A stretch of 64,000 nucleotides of DNA from Calditrichia bacterium (GCA_963777955.1 CAVZSQ010000017.1:96001-160000); one strand, 5' to 3'. Numbered from the stretch's first letter, positions 1 to 11,352 are shown. Translations and numbers: made by a program. Notes: generated from the sequence alone by a model not told the origin.

Positions 1-1045
1 GCAACGGCGTTAAACCAAAAAGTACTTTGGTATCCAGATCATAAGCATTAAAACCATTGGGCGACTGTTTCAGACCGTTGGTGGAGTTTTCAAGTTGCGG
101 ATATTTACTGTTCGCACCGCGCCGCAGGTCGCCATAACTCTTATAACTGTAACCGGCCTGCACTGCCAGTTTACGGTAACTGAATGTAAAATCTCCATGA
201 ATCGATTTTTCATTATCGGCACTGGCATAACGGCTAAAAAAATTAAAATCATAGTAGAATTGCCTGCTGTATAAATCCGGTTTTTTGCTGAGAACATTAA
301 TGGTCCCGCCCAGGGCATCGCTGCCATATAATACAGATGCTGGTCCACGCACCACTTCAATTTCATCGGCCATGAACTGATCTACCGTCGTAAGGTATTG
401 ATGACTACCCAGGCGATAAGTCGAATTGTTAATGCGGATGCCATCCACCAGTATTAAAATTTGATTTGAACTCAATCCGCGGATAATAGCTGAACCGCCG
501 CCATGATTGGTTTTCTGAACAGCGATGCCCGCTTCTTCACGTAAGGCCTCCGCTGTGGTTTTGGCCTCGCGGTTTTTAATCAGGCTGGCTGGAATAATAT
601 TTGTTTGTGCAGACACTTGTTCCGCAGATCGTTCGGAACGATTGGCGGTGACAATGATTTCACCGCTGGTATAAGTTCTGGATTCGAGAAAGACAGAATC
701 CAATCGGGTGATCCCGGCTGCATTAATGCGCAGGTCAGAGATAATCTTGGTACGATAACCGAGGTGGACAAAAGTCACCGTGATAATTCCCGCTTCAATA
801 TTTTGTATATTGAACAGTCCGGCAGCATCGGAACTCTCCACCCGGCCCAGGGCAGGAATTACTACGCGGACATCAGCAATCGGTTCAGCCGCCCTGCTAA
901 AAATTCTGCCCTCGAGTTCTCCTGCAGGCAGTTTAGCCTGACCCTGAACCTGATTCTGCAAAAAGAGAAATAGTACCAGAAATACGGAATAAAGGATACG
1001 GAATGACAGGATAGATTTCGCTGACCGGTCGTGAGTTATAATCAT
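1..1045 (-). CDS. TonB-dependent receptor, N-terminal part (carboxypeptidase-like domain + plug); runs off the window edge
   Basis: Read by hand from ATG at 1045 (GGGGAG RBS). Plug motifs 'GGGSAIIRGLSSNQILILVDGIRINN' and 'IEVVRGPASVLYGSDALGGTINV'. Absent from the ORF track, presumably because there is no stop inside the window. Confidence 0.9.
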   Translation of the reverse strand, partial: MIITHDRSAKSILSFRILYSVFLVLFLFLQNQVQGQAKLPAGELEGRIFSRAAEPIADVRVVIPALGRVESSDAAGLFNIQNIEAGIITVTFVHLGYRTKIISDLRINAAGITRLDSVFLESRTYTSGEIIVTANRSERSAEQVSAQTNIIPASLIKNREAKTTAEALREEAGIAVQKTNHGGGSAIIRGLSSNQILILVDGIRINNSTYRLGSHQYLTTVDQFMADEIEVVRGPASVLYGSDALGGTINVLSKKPDLYSRQFYYDFNFFSRYASADNEKSIHGDFTFSYRKLAVQAGYSYKSYGDLRRGANSKYPQLENSTNGLKQSPNGFNAYDLDTKVLFGLTPL

Positions 1046-1191
1046 TAATACTCCCCGTAAAATATACATATAAATCTATGTTGTAGTGACAATTTTTGAC
1101 ATTTCTTTACACAACTATAACATCTACTGGCAGTTCCCTTCGTACTTATAACAAGATGAAAAAATAAAAATTCATCTAGGAGGAATAGAAA

Positions 1192-1686
1192 ATGAAAAAT
1201 AAAAATTTTTACCTGGCTTTGTTAATCACTCTGGTTTTGACTTGCAGTGTTTTCGCACAGCAACAGGATCCTATCGACCGGGGTATTGAAAACTATTTAG
1301 CAGCCCTTAACTCAAAAAATGATGGCCTGATTGAATCGGCCATCATGAACCTCATGAAGTTAAAAACACTTCACCCTTCCCGTGATTATGCGAAGATCAT
1401 GTCTACCCTGGATCAGTTGACTCAAAAAACCTCTAATAAAACCATTCGCTACGAAGCGTTCATCTTGCTGCACTATCTGCAATACCCTGAACACTTCAAT
1501 TGGATTACATCCGGAGAGGATCAGCCGCTCGATGAGCTGCCTAGCCACGCTGCTGGTCAGAATCCATCAGCAAACGGAGTAGGGGCGCATCATTATTGGC
1601 CTCTGCTGATCTTCCGGGCAATCGATTATCTTCGCAACCCCTCGGGTCGGTCCCCGGGGGGTATTTATATTCATTTCTTTTTTTAG
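1192..1686 (+). CDS. Secreted hypothetical protein (3' end uncertain)
   Basis: AGGAGG RBS, signal peptide ending 'VFA'. The ORF runs through a terminator-like hairpin at 1637-1662, so the true stop may be earlier. Confidence 0.65.
   Translation: MKNKNFYLALLITLVLTCSVFAQQQDPIDRGIENYLAALNSKNDGLIESAIMNLMKLKTLHPSRDYAKIMSTLDQLTQKTSNKTIRYEAFILLHYLQYPEHFNWITSGEDQPLDELPSHAAGQNPSANGVGAHHYWPLLIFRAIDYLRNPSGRSPGGIYIHFFF
1637..1685 (+). terminator. Probable intrinsic terminator
   Basis: ACCCCTCGGG...CCCGGGGGGT stem followed by T-rich tract. Confidence 0.5.
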
Positions 1687-1712
1687 AGTAAAATAAAATA
1701 TATATTTATAGC

Positions 1713-2921
1713 ATGATGCGGAAATTCTGTCTGCCAGAATTCTCTGGGCCACGGGGCAGTAATTCCTCGTGGCAATTTCGTGTTTGCACATTAACCTTTA
1801 TTATTTTTACTATCATGACTAAATCTGCTCCGGCTAAACAAGATTCACTGCTGGTTTGTTTTCAGGTCGCAGCCAGTAATTTGCCTGATACGGCCAAAAT
1901 ATATATTGCAGGCAACCATCCGCAGTTGGGGAACTGGCAACCGGATCAGGTTGCTCTGCAGAGGCAGACCGGTACAAATATCTGGTCAGCCGGCTTTAGA
2001 TTCCCCTCCGGCCAGATTCTGGAATACAAGTTCACCAGGGGGGATTGGTCTGCAGAAGCTGCCAATGCGGATGGAACGGTTCCTGCGAACAGCATATTAA
2101 AAGTCGAAGAAGATACGACACTGGTTACTGAAATCAAATACTGGAAAGATGCCTTTCAGTATGAGATCCACAGACAAATTACCGGTACATTCCGTTATCA
2201 TCGCCGGGTTGAGGGCAATGACCTTAAGCCCAGGGATATAATTGTCTGGCTCCCTCCGGATTACGAAAAAAATACAAAACTCCATTATCCGGTTCTGTAT
2301 ATGCACGATGGGCAGAACCTGTTTGATCCGCATACCTCTGCCTTCGGGATAGACTGGCAGGTTGATGAAACCGCCGATAGCCTGATCCGGGATAAAAAAA
2401 TCAGTCCGTTGATTATTGTCGGCATTTACAACACTTCCCAGCGTAATGATGAATATGCACCCAATGATACCGGTCGGACTTACATGAAGTTCGTGGTGGA
2501 ACAGGTAAGGCCGTTAATCGATAGCACTTATCGCACTTTGACTGATCGGCAGAATACGGCTACCGGGGGTTCATCCCTGGGTGGATTGATTTCTTTCATG
2601 TTATTGTGGGAATACCCGCAGATATTTTCCAAAGCCGCCTGCTTTTCACCTGCCCTCAAAATCGGGGCACTGGATTATGTATCCCGGGTCCGCCAGGATG
2701 GCAAACAAAAACTGCCGGTCATGATATATCTGGATAACGGCGGTGTCGGACTGGAAGAAAAACTGCAACCGGGAATCGATGAAATGCTGCTAACCCTGAA
2801 AGATATCGGGTACAAAATGGATCGGGACTATTATTGGTACAAGGATAGTACGGCCACCCATAATGAATCAGCCTGGGCAAAACGGGTCTGGCGTCCATTG
2901 GTCTTATTCTGGGGCCGATAA
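1713..2921 (+). CDS. CBM20 starch-binding domain + alpha/beta-hydrolase (putative esterase)
   Basis: 'IYIAGNHPQLGNW...LEYKFTRGDW' (CBM20), 'YPVLYMHDGQNLF', 'GGSSLGG' nucleophile elbow, 'HNESAW'. Start uncertain. Confidence 0.85.
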   Translation: MMRKFCLPEFSGPRGSNSSWQFRVCTLTFIIFTIMTKSAPAKQDSLLVCFQVAASNLPDTAKIYIAGNHPQLGNWQPDQVALQRQTGTNIWSAGFRFPSGQILEYKFTRGDWSAEAANADGTVPANSILKVEEDTTLVTEIKYWKDAFQYEIHRQITGTFRYHRRVEGNDLKPRDIIVWLPPDYEKNTKLHYPVLYMHDGQNLFDPHTSAFGIDWQVDETADSLIRDKKISPLIIVGIYNTSQRNDEYAPNDTGRTYMKFVVEQVRPLIDSTYRTLTDRQNTATGGSSLGGLISFMLLWEYPQIFSKAACFSPALKIGALDYVSRVRQDGKQKLPVMIYLDNGGVGLEEKLQPGIDEMLLTLKDIGYKMDRDYYWYKDSTATHNESAWAKRVWRPLVLFWGR

Positions 2922-2964
2922 TTATACTCACTGCACCCGGGCAGAATTCTAAAGAGGGTAAACA

Positions 2965-3681
2965 GTGTCGGATTCAATCAAATCCATCGCTAAATTAATT
3001 GATCATTCTTTACTCCACCCCAAACTTGGTGATGAGGAACTGCAGGCCGGTTGTCTGCTGGCCCGCCAGTATGATGTCGCTTCAGTTTGTATCAAACCCT
3101 ACGCTGTACCTTTGGCCAGGGAAATTCTGGCAAAATCACAGGTCCGCGTGGGTACGGTTATCGGGTTTCCGCATGGCAGTAATCACCTGGAGATCAAAGT
3201 TAAAGAAACCGAAAGAGCCCTGGCCGACGGCGCTGAAGAGTTGGACATGGTGATCAACATCGGTAAAGTACTAAGCGCCGACTGGGCTTATATAGCCGAG
3301 GAAATCAGGACAATTAATAATATCCTGATTAATAACAACGGAATTCTTAAAGTCATCTTTGAAAATGATTTTTTAACTGATAAAAACTATAAACTGAAAC
3401 TTTGTGAAATATGCAATCAGCAGGCAGTGGCTTTTGTCAAAACCTCTACCGGATACGGCTTTGTTAAACAAAAGGATGGAAATTATAATTATAGCGGTGC
3501 GACCGATGCGGATTTGGTTTTAATGCGCAATAATTGTAGTAAATCAGTCCAGATTAAAGCGGCCGGTGGAATACGCACCCTGGATGATTTATTGCGTGTT
3601 AGAGCGCTGGGGGTAACCAGAGTGGGCACCACTTCCACTAAAAACATATTGCAGGAAGCTAAAGACCGGGGTTATATTTAG
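2965..3681 (+). CDS. deoC: Deoxyribose-phosphate aldolase
   Basis: 'IDHSLLHP', 'GTVIGFPHG', 'FVKTSTG', 'IKAAGGIRT'. Confidence 0.95.
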   Translation: MSDSIKSIAKLIDHSLLHPKLGDEELQAGCLLARQYDVASVCIKPYAVPLAREILAKSQVRVGTVIGFPHGSNHLEIKVKETERALADGAEELDMVINIGKVLSADWAYIAEEIRTINNILINNNGILKVIFENDFLTDKNYKLKLCEICNQQAVAFVKTSTGYGFVKQKDGNYNYSGATDADLVLMRNNCSKSVQIKAAGGIRTLDDLLRVRALGVTRVGTTSTKNILQEAKDRGYI

Positions 3682-3890
3682 ACTAAAACTAAAAAAGTTT
3701 GTCGACGATGTTTAAAACCTGATCTTTGTTCAAGAATTGTTTCGTAACTGTCGACAATTAAAGTAATATTCTCATTAAACCTTAAACCTTGCATTTTTAA
3801 ACGGGAAGGTTTAAATTTTTGGGGATGTGTAACTTCTTTAATTTTCAGTAAATTACACACTAATTTTATATAACAAGTCTGGAGTGTAAA

Positions 3891-6800
3891 ATGAATATTA
3901 AGGGGCAATACCAAAAGAGTTTTATACTTGTTGTTGTCGTACTGATTTACTTTTTGCACCTCTCGACACTTTATGCCCAGAAAGCCAGTGCAGAATTTAT
4001 CTCTACTATTATTCCCTCAAACTTAAATACGGGCCAGCAAGTCAAAGACGGCGTGCAAAATCTTACCTACAAGGACAATATTCTGTATGTAGTTAATGTT
4101 TGGGCTGGTATCCAGGTAATCGATGTGAGCAATGTTTATAAACCGAAAGAGATTGGACGTTATCAGAATGAACATCGCGCCCATAATTTATTCATCGATG
4201 ATAATTATGGCTACCTCTCCGATGAACTGGAAGGGGTCAGTATTCTGGACCTTTCCAATCCCACAGCCATCTCCCGCGTAGGCAAAATTCCCACTGAAGG
4301 TAATGCCTGGTGGGTCGAAGCGAACTTTCCTTATGTTTATATCGCCGAAGAAGAACGGGGAGTTACCGTATACAATATAACGGATGTGACCAATCCGATG
4401 CTCATCGGCAATTATGACACCCCCGGTTGGACCTGGGGATTGAATGTGCAGGGTGATTATGTATATGTAGCCGATAAAACCGGTGGACTATTGATCCTCG
4501 ACTTTACCGTAAAAGAATCCCCCGTCTTAGTCGGTCAATTCAAAGAACCCAGGCAGGCCAAAACGATCCAGATCGAAGATAATTATCTTTACCTTACCGA
4601 CGGACCCAATGGATTATTTATTCTTGATATCACCAATCCAAAATTCCCTGCTCTGGTCAGCCGGGTTAAAAGCGAAGGTTTTATTTTCAACGTTTTTAAA
4701 AGCGGAAAATACGCTTATCTGGCCAATGAATCTTTACGCCGTCTGGATATAGTCAGTTTAACCGATATAAAGAAGCCGGTTCTCGAAGCGAGTTATCAGG
4801 CGGACGATAAAATTTACAGCGTCTGGAAAAAGGATGTGTACGTTTTTGTCGCGGCTAATAGCAAGACGCTTATCCTGCGGCATAATAATCCTCCCGTACT
4901 GGCGGAAATTCCGGCCCAGACTGTTGATGAACAACAAGTACTTACAATTAAACCCGAAGGATATGATCCTGACGGCGATCCCATCTTCTATCGTGTAAAA
5001 AGTTTGCCTGACGGCGCCAGGTTCGATAGCACCAGCGGTGCTTTTAGCTGGACCCCGACGTATGATCAATCCGGACTCTATAAGAATGTAACGATCAGCA
5101 TCATTGAAAAAACAGATAGTAAACTGGCCACCAGTCAGACTTTTGATATTACGGTACAACATGTAAATCGCGCACCGGCACTTCCGGAAGTGGAAAATTA
5201 TACGGTTAGTGAAAATCAATCCCTCAGTTTTGAAATTAAAGAAGGGAGTGATCCGGATAAAGAGGATAAAGGTAAACTTGCCTACACCACCGAGAATTTG
5301 CCCGAGGGCGCAGTTTTTGATTCCCTGAAAAGAAAATTTACCTGGACGCCCAATTTTGACCAGTCCGGAACATATGCCCTCGATTTCATCGTCAAAGATC
5401 CCCCCGGTGCAACTGCCCGCGATGCCTCTACCATTACCGTGCTCCATGTGGATCGTAAACCGGTAATTGCGGCGATTGAAAATAAAACAGTTGACGAAAA
5501 TCAGAGTATGGAATTTACTGTCGAAGGCAGCGATCCGGATAAGGAGGATCAGAATATTATCGCTTACTCGGCCCGGAATCTGCCTAAAGGCGCTGTGTTT
5601 ACCGCTGCCAGACAACAGTTTGCCTGGACCCCATCCTATGACCAGGCCGGTGAATATCCAGACCTGTTATTTATCATTACCGCCGGTAAACAATCTGATT
5701 CGACCATGATGAATATTACCGTCAATAATATGAGCCGGCCACCTGTTCTGGAATCTATTGCAGCAAAAACCATCGATGAACAAAAACTCCTGTCTTTCAT
5801 GGTCAGTGCTACCGATCCTGATGCCGAAGATCAGCAGCGCCTGAAATTCACCGCACAGAATTTACCCCCGGGGGCAAAATTCAGCGCCGACTCGCTGCGT
5901 TTTAACTGGACCCCATCCTACGACCAGGCCGGCAGTTATGCGGAGATTTCCATAACGGTGACCGATCCTTTCGGTTTGAGTGACTCAAAATCTTTTACTA
6001 TTAATGTAAATAACATCAACCGGCCGCCGGTGCTGGCAGAAATACCGGCACAGATTGTGGACGAGGATAAACCATTGACCTTTACGGTGACCGGCAGCGA
6101 TCCCGATAAAGAGGATCAGGATAAATTAAAATACAGCGCAAAACAATTGCCGGCCGGAGCAACCCTGACAGATAACGTTTTTAACTGGACACCCGGTTAT
6201 GATCAATCAGGAGATTATGCGCCGCAAATTTCAATATCGGATGGTATCCTGTCAGATACAAAAACCGCGCAAATTACAGTAAAACACGTTAACCGTCCTC
6301 CTACCCTTGAACCGGTCATTGCCAAAACGGTCGATGAGAATAAAATTTTAGAATTTAAAATTACCGCCGGCGATCCGGATAAAGAAGATACCGGCCTGTG
6401 GAAATTAACCGTTGCCCAGTTACCTGAGGGCGCGGTTTTTGATCCGGCCACGGCTGATTTCAGCTGGACACCTAATTTTGACCAGTCAGGCCTGTATACA
6501 CTGAAGTTCACCAATACCGATCCGGCTGGATTGATTGCCGCCGAGGATGTTCAGGTAACCGTCAATCATGTAAACCGTACCCCTGTTTTCAATATCCTGA
6601 CCGCCCAGCCATTGGAAGAAAATACGCCTTTCAGTATGAACATCCCTGCCGGCGAGGATCCGGATAAAGAAGATGCGCAAAAATTGATTTATGCTGCACA
6701 AAATTTGCCGGAAGGTGCGACTTTTGACGCTGTGTCCCGCACCCTGTCCTGGACACCTTCCTATGCTCAGGCCGGTCAATACAATCTGAACATTTCATGC

Positions 6801-8031
6801 AGTGACGGCCCCTTCAGCGTAAAGCAACCTCTGAATCTGACAGTGAACAACATAAATCGTCCACCGGAAATCCAGTCGATCGCCGATCAAACAGTTGACG
6901 AAAATCAGGAACTTAATCTGCAGGTTATTTTCAGCGATCCCGACGAAGAAGATCAGGGCAAAATCCAATTAACAGCACTTAATATACCTGCCGGTGTGGA
7001 ATTTAATGATATAAACGGTGAACTGAGGCTGGAAACCTACATATGTACAGGCCGGAGTATATAATAATATTGAAATGACGGCAACCGATCCCGGTGGATT
7101 AATGATCAAGAAAAGTTTTAACATCACCGTTAATAATGTGAACAGACCGCCGTTGGTCAAACCGCTGGTCAAAACCACCATTGCCGAGAATACTCCTGTC
7201 AGCGTTACTGCCGAGGCGACAGATCCGGATCAGGAAGATGCCGGTAAATTACAATTTTCAGGCGATAATCTTCCCGCTGGAGCCACTCTGGAGCCCTCCG
7301 GCGGCACCTTCTCCTGGACCCCTGATTTTACCCAGGCCGGTGAATATACCGTCAATTTAAAAGTGACTGATAGCGGTAATCTGAGTGCTGAAACACCCCT
7401 GGCACTTTCGATCACCAATGTGAATCGTAATCCGGTTATCCAGCCTGTAGAAACCAAAGATATAAATGAAAATGAAACGGTAAAATTGAGTATAGCCGCC
7501 ACTGACGAAGATAAGGATGACCGCTTAAAATTCTCACTTGAAGAAGCACCACGTGGTGCTTCGATCAATGAGACCAGCGGCGAGTTGTCCTGGACTCCCG
7601 ATTATACCCAAGCGGGTGAATATGCATTTAAGGTTAAAGTCAACGATGGTACAATCGATGATGTCGCTATTGTAACCATAAATGTAAATAACGTAAATCG
7701 CAAACCTGATATTCAGGGTGTCAGTCCGGTGACAGCCACCGTCGGCGAATCTATTGAACTTAGTTTTAATGGTTCCGATCCTGACAATGATAAATTGACC
7801 TACCAGGTCTCGGGTTTACCGGCTGGCGCCAATTTTGACGTCAACAGCGGAAAATTCAGTTGGCAGCCGGGCGCTGACCAGGCCGGCTCATATAAATTTA
7901 CCGTAACCGTTTCCGACGGCACCGATTCGGCTGAGACGACAGCCGGCATCACGGTCAATCCGGCGGCAGTACCACCACCTGAACCCGTTCCGCCTGAATC
8001 AGCGCCACCGGAACAACCATCAACTCCGTAG
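3891..8031 (+). CDS. Large surface protein: LVIVD-repeat propeller + 11 tandem ~95-aa Ig/cadherin-like (He_PIG-type) repeats + Pro-rich tail; frameshift near 7030
   Basis: Signal peptide, repeated 'YAYVAD...GL.ILD', then repeats 'NRPP...DPDKED...LPEGA.FD...FSWTP.YDQ.G'. ORFs 3891-7064 and 7075-8031 join in the middle of a repeat. Confidence 0.85.
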
Positions 8032-8073
8032 GATCGATGGTCTGACTTGTAGATCAGAACTGATAGCAAGTAT

Positions 8074-8119
8074 ACGTGGATTGCCGCAATCATGGCGGTC
8101 AATCCACGTTTTCATTTTT
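8074..8119 (+). terminator. Intrinsic terminator
   Basis: ACGTGGATTG...CAATCCACGT stem followed by TTTCATTTTT. Confidence 0.65.
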
Positions 8120-8150
8120 GATCGTATTGATATTTTGATTTGCAGTGTCT

Positions 8151-8775
8151 ATGTCTCTCTGGCAAAACATAAAGAAAAAATCAAAAAGTTATTTCCTTTC
8201 GGGCATTTTGTTTTTCGTTCCGCTGGTAATAACCATTGTGGTCATTAAAGCGATCTTCACTTTTCTGGATAATTTGTTGTTTCCATATTTGCAGCCTTAT
8301 TTTGGATACTGGCTGCCGGGTATAGGTATTCTGATTATCCTGGGCATGATTCTGCTGACGGGTATGCTGGTAACCAATTATATGGGCCGGAAATTTTTCC
8401 AGTTCGGCGAGAAGATGGTCTTGCATATCCCCCTGGTAAAATCGATCTACGGTTCAGTCAAACAGATTCTGCAGACATTTTCCGGCCAGGAAAAACAGGT
8501 GAATAAGAAAGTGGTGCTGGTTGAATACCCCAGGGAAAATGTCTGGTCGGTGGGACTGGTCAACGGCGAGCTAGCTGCATCCGCAGACCCGGGCGGAGCT
8601 GTACAGTATCCTGATTATCGCCGCCATCAATCCCGCCTCAGGCTTTTTCATTATGGTGCCAAAAGAAAAAGTTATTCTACTTGATCTCAGCGTGGAAGAG
8701 GCCATGAAATGGATAGTTTCCGGTGGTATCATTACTCCCGATTCGTTCAAACATTTTCAGGCCCAATTGAAATAA
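8151..8775 (+). CDS. DUF502 membrane protein (frameshift near 8575)
   Basis: 'IPLVKSIYGSVKQI', 'VVLVEYPR'; other frame continues 'NPASGFFIMVPK...LDLSVEEAMKWIVSGG'. Confidence 0.85.
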
Positions 8776-9169
8776 CTAAAATCATCATCACCCTCCTGAC
8801 AAAAATAAGCAGCAGCATGTGCCGGCGCAGCTGACCGATTATTTTTCATTGGACATTGATTATTTCATAATTATATTAATAGTGTTAGATATTTATTACT
8901 TCTGATAGAATTCTGGATTCAGGCAATAATTATACCGGTTTCGTTAACGTTTTAAAGATAGCGGTGGGACGTATTATGACACGGCCGTATTCCAGGTTCG
9001 ATAAAATGTTAAAATTTTAAAAATACATCGAGTGAGGCGTGTTATTACACGGCTGTGCTTCTGCCTTTCGCCATGATATAAGGATAGTAAATACAAAAGG
9101 TTTCGGGAAAATAGTTGTATATTTTTTTTATTATTTATTTTATATTTTAGATGACGAAAAGACGGACTA

Positions 9170-9193
9170 GTCTAACTTAATTATATGTTAGGC
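9170..9193 (+). other. Putative attI site
   Basis: GTCTAAC-TTAATTATAT-GTTAGGC directly before the first cassette, with no attC hairpin. Confidence 0.6.
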
Positions 9194-9211
9194 AAACCTT
9201 GGGGAGGATAT

Positions 9212-9901
9212 ATGAAAATCTTTATCTTACTCCTCTTAATATTTATCTCAATCACGCTTTTTTCTTGCATAGATCTATCTGGACCTGAAGATCCATCACA
9301 TGCTCCCGGGAACATCTACGGTTATGTATATGATAAAATTTCAGATGAACCTGTTCCAGGTACACGTATTATTGTTCTACAAGGTGACGATTTCACCTTG
9401 ACAGATTCTTCAGGATATTTTGAAATTGATAGTATCAGCCAGGGTTATTACAGCATATTTGCCATCAAAGAGGACTATTATGTAGACTCTTTAAATATTC
9501 AAATTAAAACAAATGAAGAAATTCCGACAAATTTTTCAATCTCGTTTAAAGGATTGTATGCGATTACTGATTCATCAAGATATCACATTGAAAATCAACA
9601 AAATATTATAAAGGTAAGAATTATAAATAATGCGGAGTATACGCATTATCTATGGTGGTGGTGTGATATTATGTTTGAATCATATAAATATAAGGGAACT
9701 GCTTGGGAAATATTTTCAGCGCGTGCTTGTTTACTTAATGTGGCGCCCCAGCTTATTGAAATTGCAGCGAAGGATTCAACGATCGCACAGATGCCGATTA
9801 GCGAAGGAGGCAAGTTCTATATTAAAATTCCATACAGAATATCTGAAGACGATATAGACAGATTAGTATATACAAATATTTTTGAGGTAATAAAAAAATA
9901 A
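9212..9901 (+). CDS. Cassette lipoprotein with carboxypeptidase-regulatory-like domain
   Basis: GGAGG RBS, lipobox 'LFSC', 'GNIYGYVYD...TDSSGYFEI'. Confidence 0.8.
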   Translation: MKIFILLLLIFISITLFSCIDLSGPEDPSHAPGNIYGYVYDKISDEPVPGTRIIVLQGDDFTLTDSSGYFEIDSISQGYYSIFAIKEDYYVDSLNIQIKTNEEIPTNFSISFKGLYAITDSSRYHIENQQNIIKVRIINNAEYTHYLWWWCDIMFESYKYKGTAWEIFSARACLLNVAPQLIEIAAKDSTIAQMPISEGGKFYIKIPYRISEDDIDRLVYTNIFEVIKK

Positions 9902-9907
9902 GGGTTT

Positions 9908-10023
9908 GCCTAACACCGCAGTCCAGCGGACCCGCCTGAGGCGGGCCGGTTATACCTGGTCGATAAGCCGACCGCTTGTGGTCGGCTTATCGGCGCGGCG
10001 GCTTTTCCGTCGCGCCGTTAGAA
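9908..10023 (+). repeat. Composite attC (GCCTAAC...GATAAGC + mini-unit ...GTTAGAA)
   Basis: R'' 9908-9914, CCCGCC/GGCGGG core, candidate R' sites at 9962 and 10017. Confidence 0.75.
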
Positions 10024-10035
10024 TTTGGAGGTTTT

Positions 10036-10445
10036 ATGAGATCTGTTATTTTCTTAGAATTGTGTGTATTGCTTTGTTTATTATTTGGTTGTAATCCAAG
10101 TTATGTTAGTATGACACCAGAGCAAAGAAAAGAGCAATCCATTAAAGACTATGAGACAACTCAAAAAATGATAAATGAAGGGAAAATTACTTTTGAAGGT
10201 GGGGATGGTTCTTCAGAAGAAAATGCAATCATAATAAAGGGTACAACTAAGTCAAAATATGGTATAAAAGTCGAGTACATATATATTATGATGAAGCATA
10301 GTAATGGAGATAATGATTGGGAAATTATATCACAAGCTCTGGAGGAAATGATAGAAAAAAATATGATATATTCACTATAAAGAATAAAAAAACAGACGAA
10401 GAAAAAATATATTGTTTTGACATTACTAAATATTTTGGCAGATAG
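10036..10445 (+). CDS. Cassette lipoprotein, hypothetical (frameshift near 10350)
   Basis: Lipobox 'LFGC', 'GGDGSSEENAIII'; other frame ends 'YCFDITKYFGR*'. Confidence 0.7.
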
Positions 10446-10470
10446 AATAAATATATTATTGATCATTAAT

Positions 10471-10603
10471 TTCGCGAATTCATGTTTGAGTCCGGCAATA
10501 GCCGGACGAGTTTGAATTCGTCGAAGGTCTTTTTGCCTACTTTTTGGCCAGTCAAAAAGTCAGCCGCCGGAGGCGGAATAAGTTTATAAGAAATCAAATT
10601 TGG
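10471..10603 (+). repeat. Three-hairpin non-coding element, copy 1 (3' of a cassette ORF)
   Basis: TTCGCGAATTCA..GTCCGGC-AATA-GCCGGAC..TGAATTCGTCGAA; ACTTTTTGGC/GTCAAAAAGT; CCGCC-GGA-GGCGG. Confidence 0.9.
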
Positions 10604-10702
10604 CTCTAACACCACGCTCAAGTAGAGGACAACGAACCGGTTGAACGTGAATTGTAAAATGTGTGGAAATCGGTTTACGCCGGCTACCGTTGGTCGTTAG
10701 GT
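10604..10702 (+). repeat. attC
   Basis: CTCTAAC...GTTAGGT, long central region shared with other sites. Confidence 0.75.
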
Positions 10703-10723
10703 AGAAAAATTGAGGTGAAAAAT

Positions 10724-11264
10724 ATGTTTATCAAAAAGAATTTCTATTTTTGGATATTAATCATGTTTCTATTATTAAACTCAAATAATTTTGCTCAGGA
10801 TACACTTAATTATAGGCATTATAATTTTGGATTCGGAGTTACCTTACTAAAAGATTATACGTTTTATTTCCCGATATTTATTACAAATAATATCAAAATG
10901 GAACCGGAACTCTACTATCGTCGTGATTCAGATCCTTATCATGATCAGGAAAGTACAGAGTTAGAAATTGGTACAGGATTATTTTATTCGCGGCACTATT
11001 CTCAATTAAATATTTATTCGGGTTTGAGAGCGGTCTATAGTTTTTATAATAGCTGGGACAAGTATGAGGGAATCGAACTTGGTCCGACTTTAGGGGGTGA
11101 GTATTTTTTAGTCTGCTCGTTTCAGTCTTGGCACTGAAATGCAACTTAAATATTATCATCATAGGTACTCTTCCAGAAATGACCGCCAAGTTCCCCTTAA
11201 AGGTGTTACGAGAAGTGGTATCTGGACATATGCTTATTTCATTATGAGAATTTATTTGTTTTAA
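10724..11264 (+). CDS. Cassette small outer-membrane beta-barrel protein (frameshift near 11110)
   Basis: Signal peptide, alternating beta strands, 'GGEYF..RFSLGTEMQL', C-terminal Phe. Confidence 0.7.
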
Positions 11265-11290
11265 TTTTACAATTAAATATTTAGGTACTT

Positions 11291-11352
11291 GTCTATCAAG
11301 CGCTTTAAATCGAACCCGCCTTTGGCGGGCCGGTTATACCTGGTCGATAGAA
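11291..11352 (+). repeat. attC with non-canonical ATC/GAT core
   Basis: GTCTATC...CCCGCC-TTT-GGCGGG...GATAGAA. Confidence 0.75.

Noticed and set aside
605..973. Plus-strand ORF 605-973 and similar shadow ORFs (e.g. 4758-5615, 15051-15533, 32966-33484)
   Set aside because: Antisense to well-supported genes and no motifs of their own.
8964..9061. Mini-CRISPR (30-bp repeat, 38-bp spacer)
   Set aside because: Only two repeats at 22/30 identity and no cas genes in the window.
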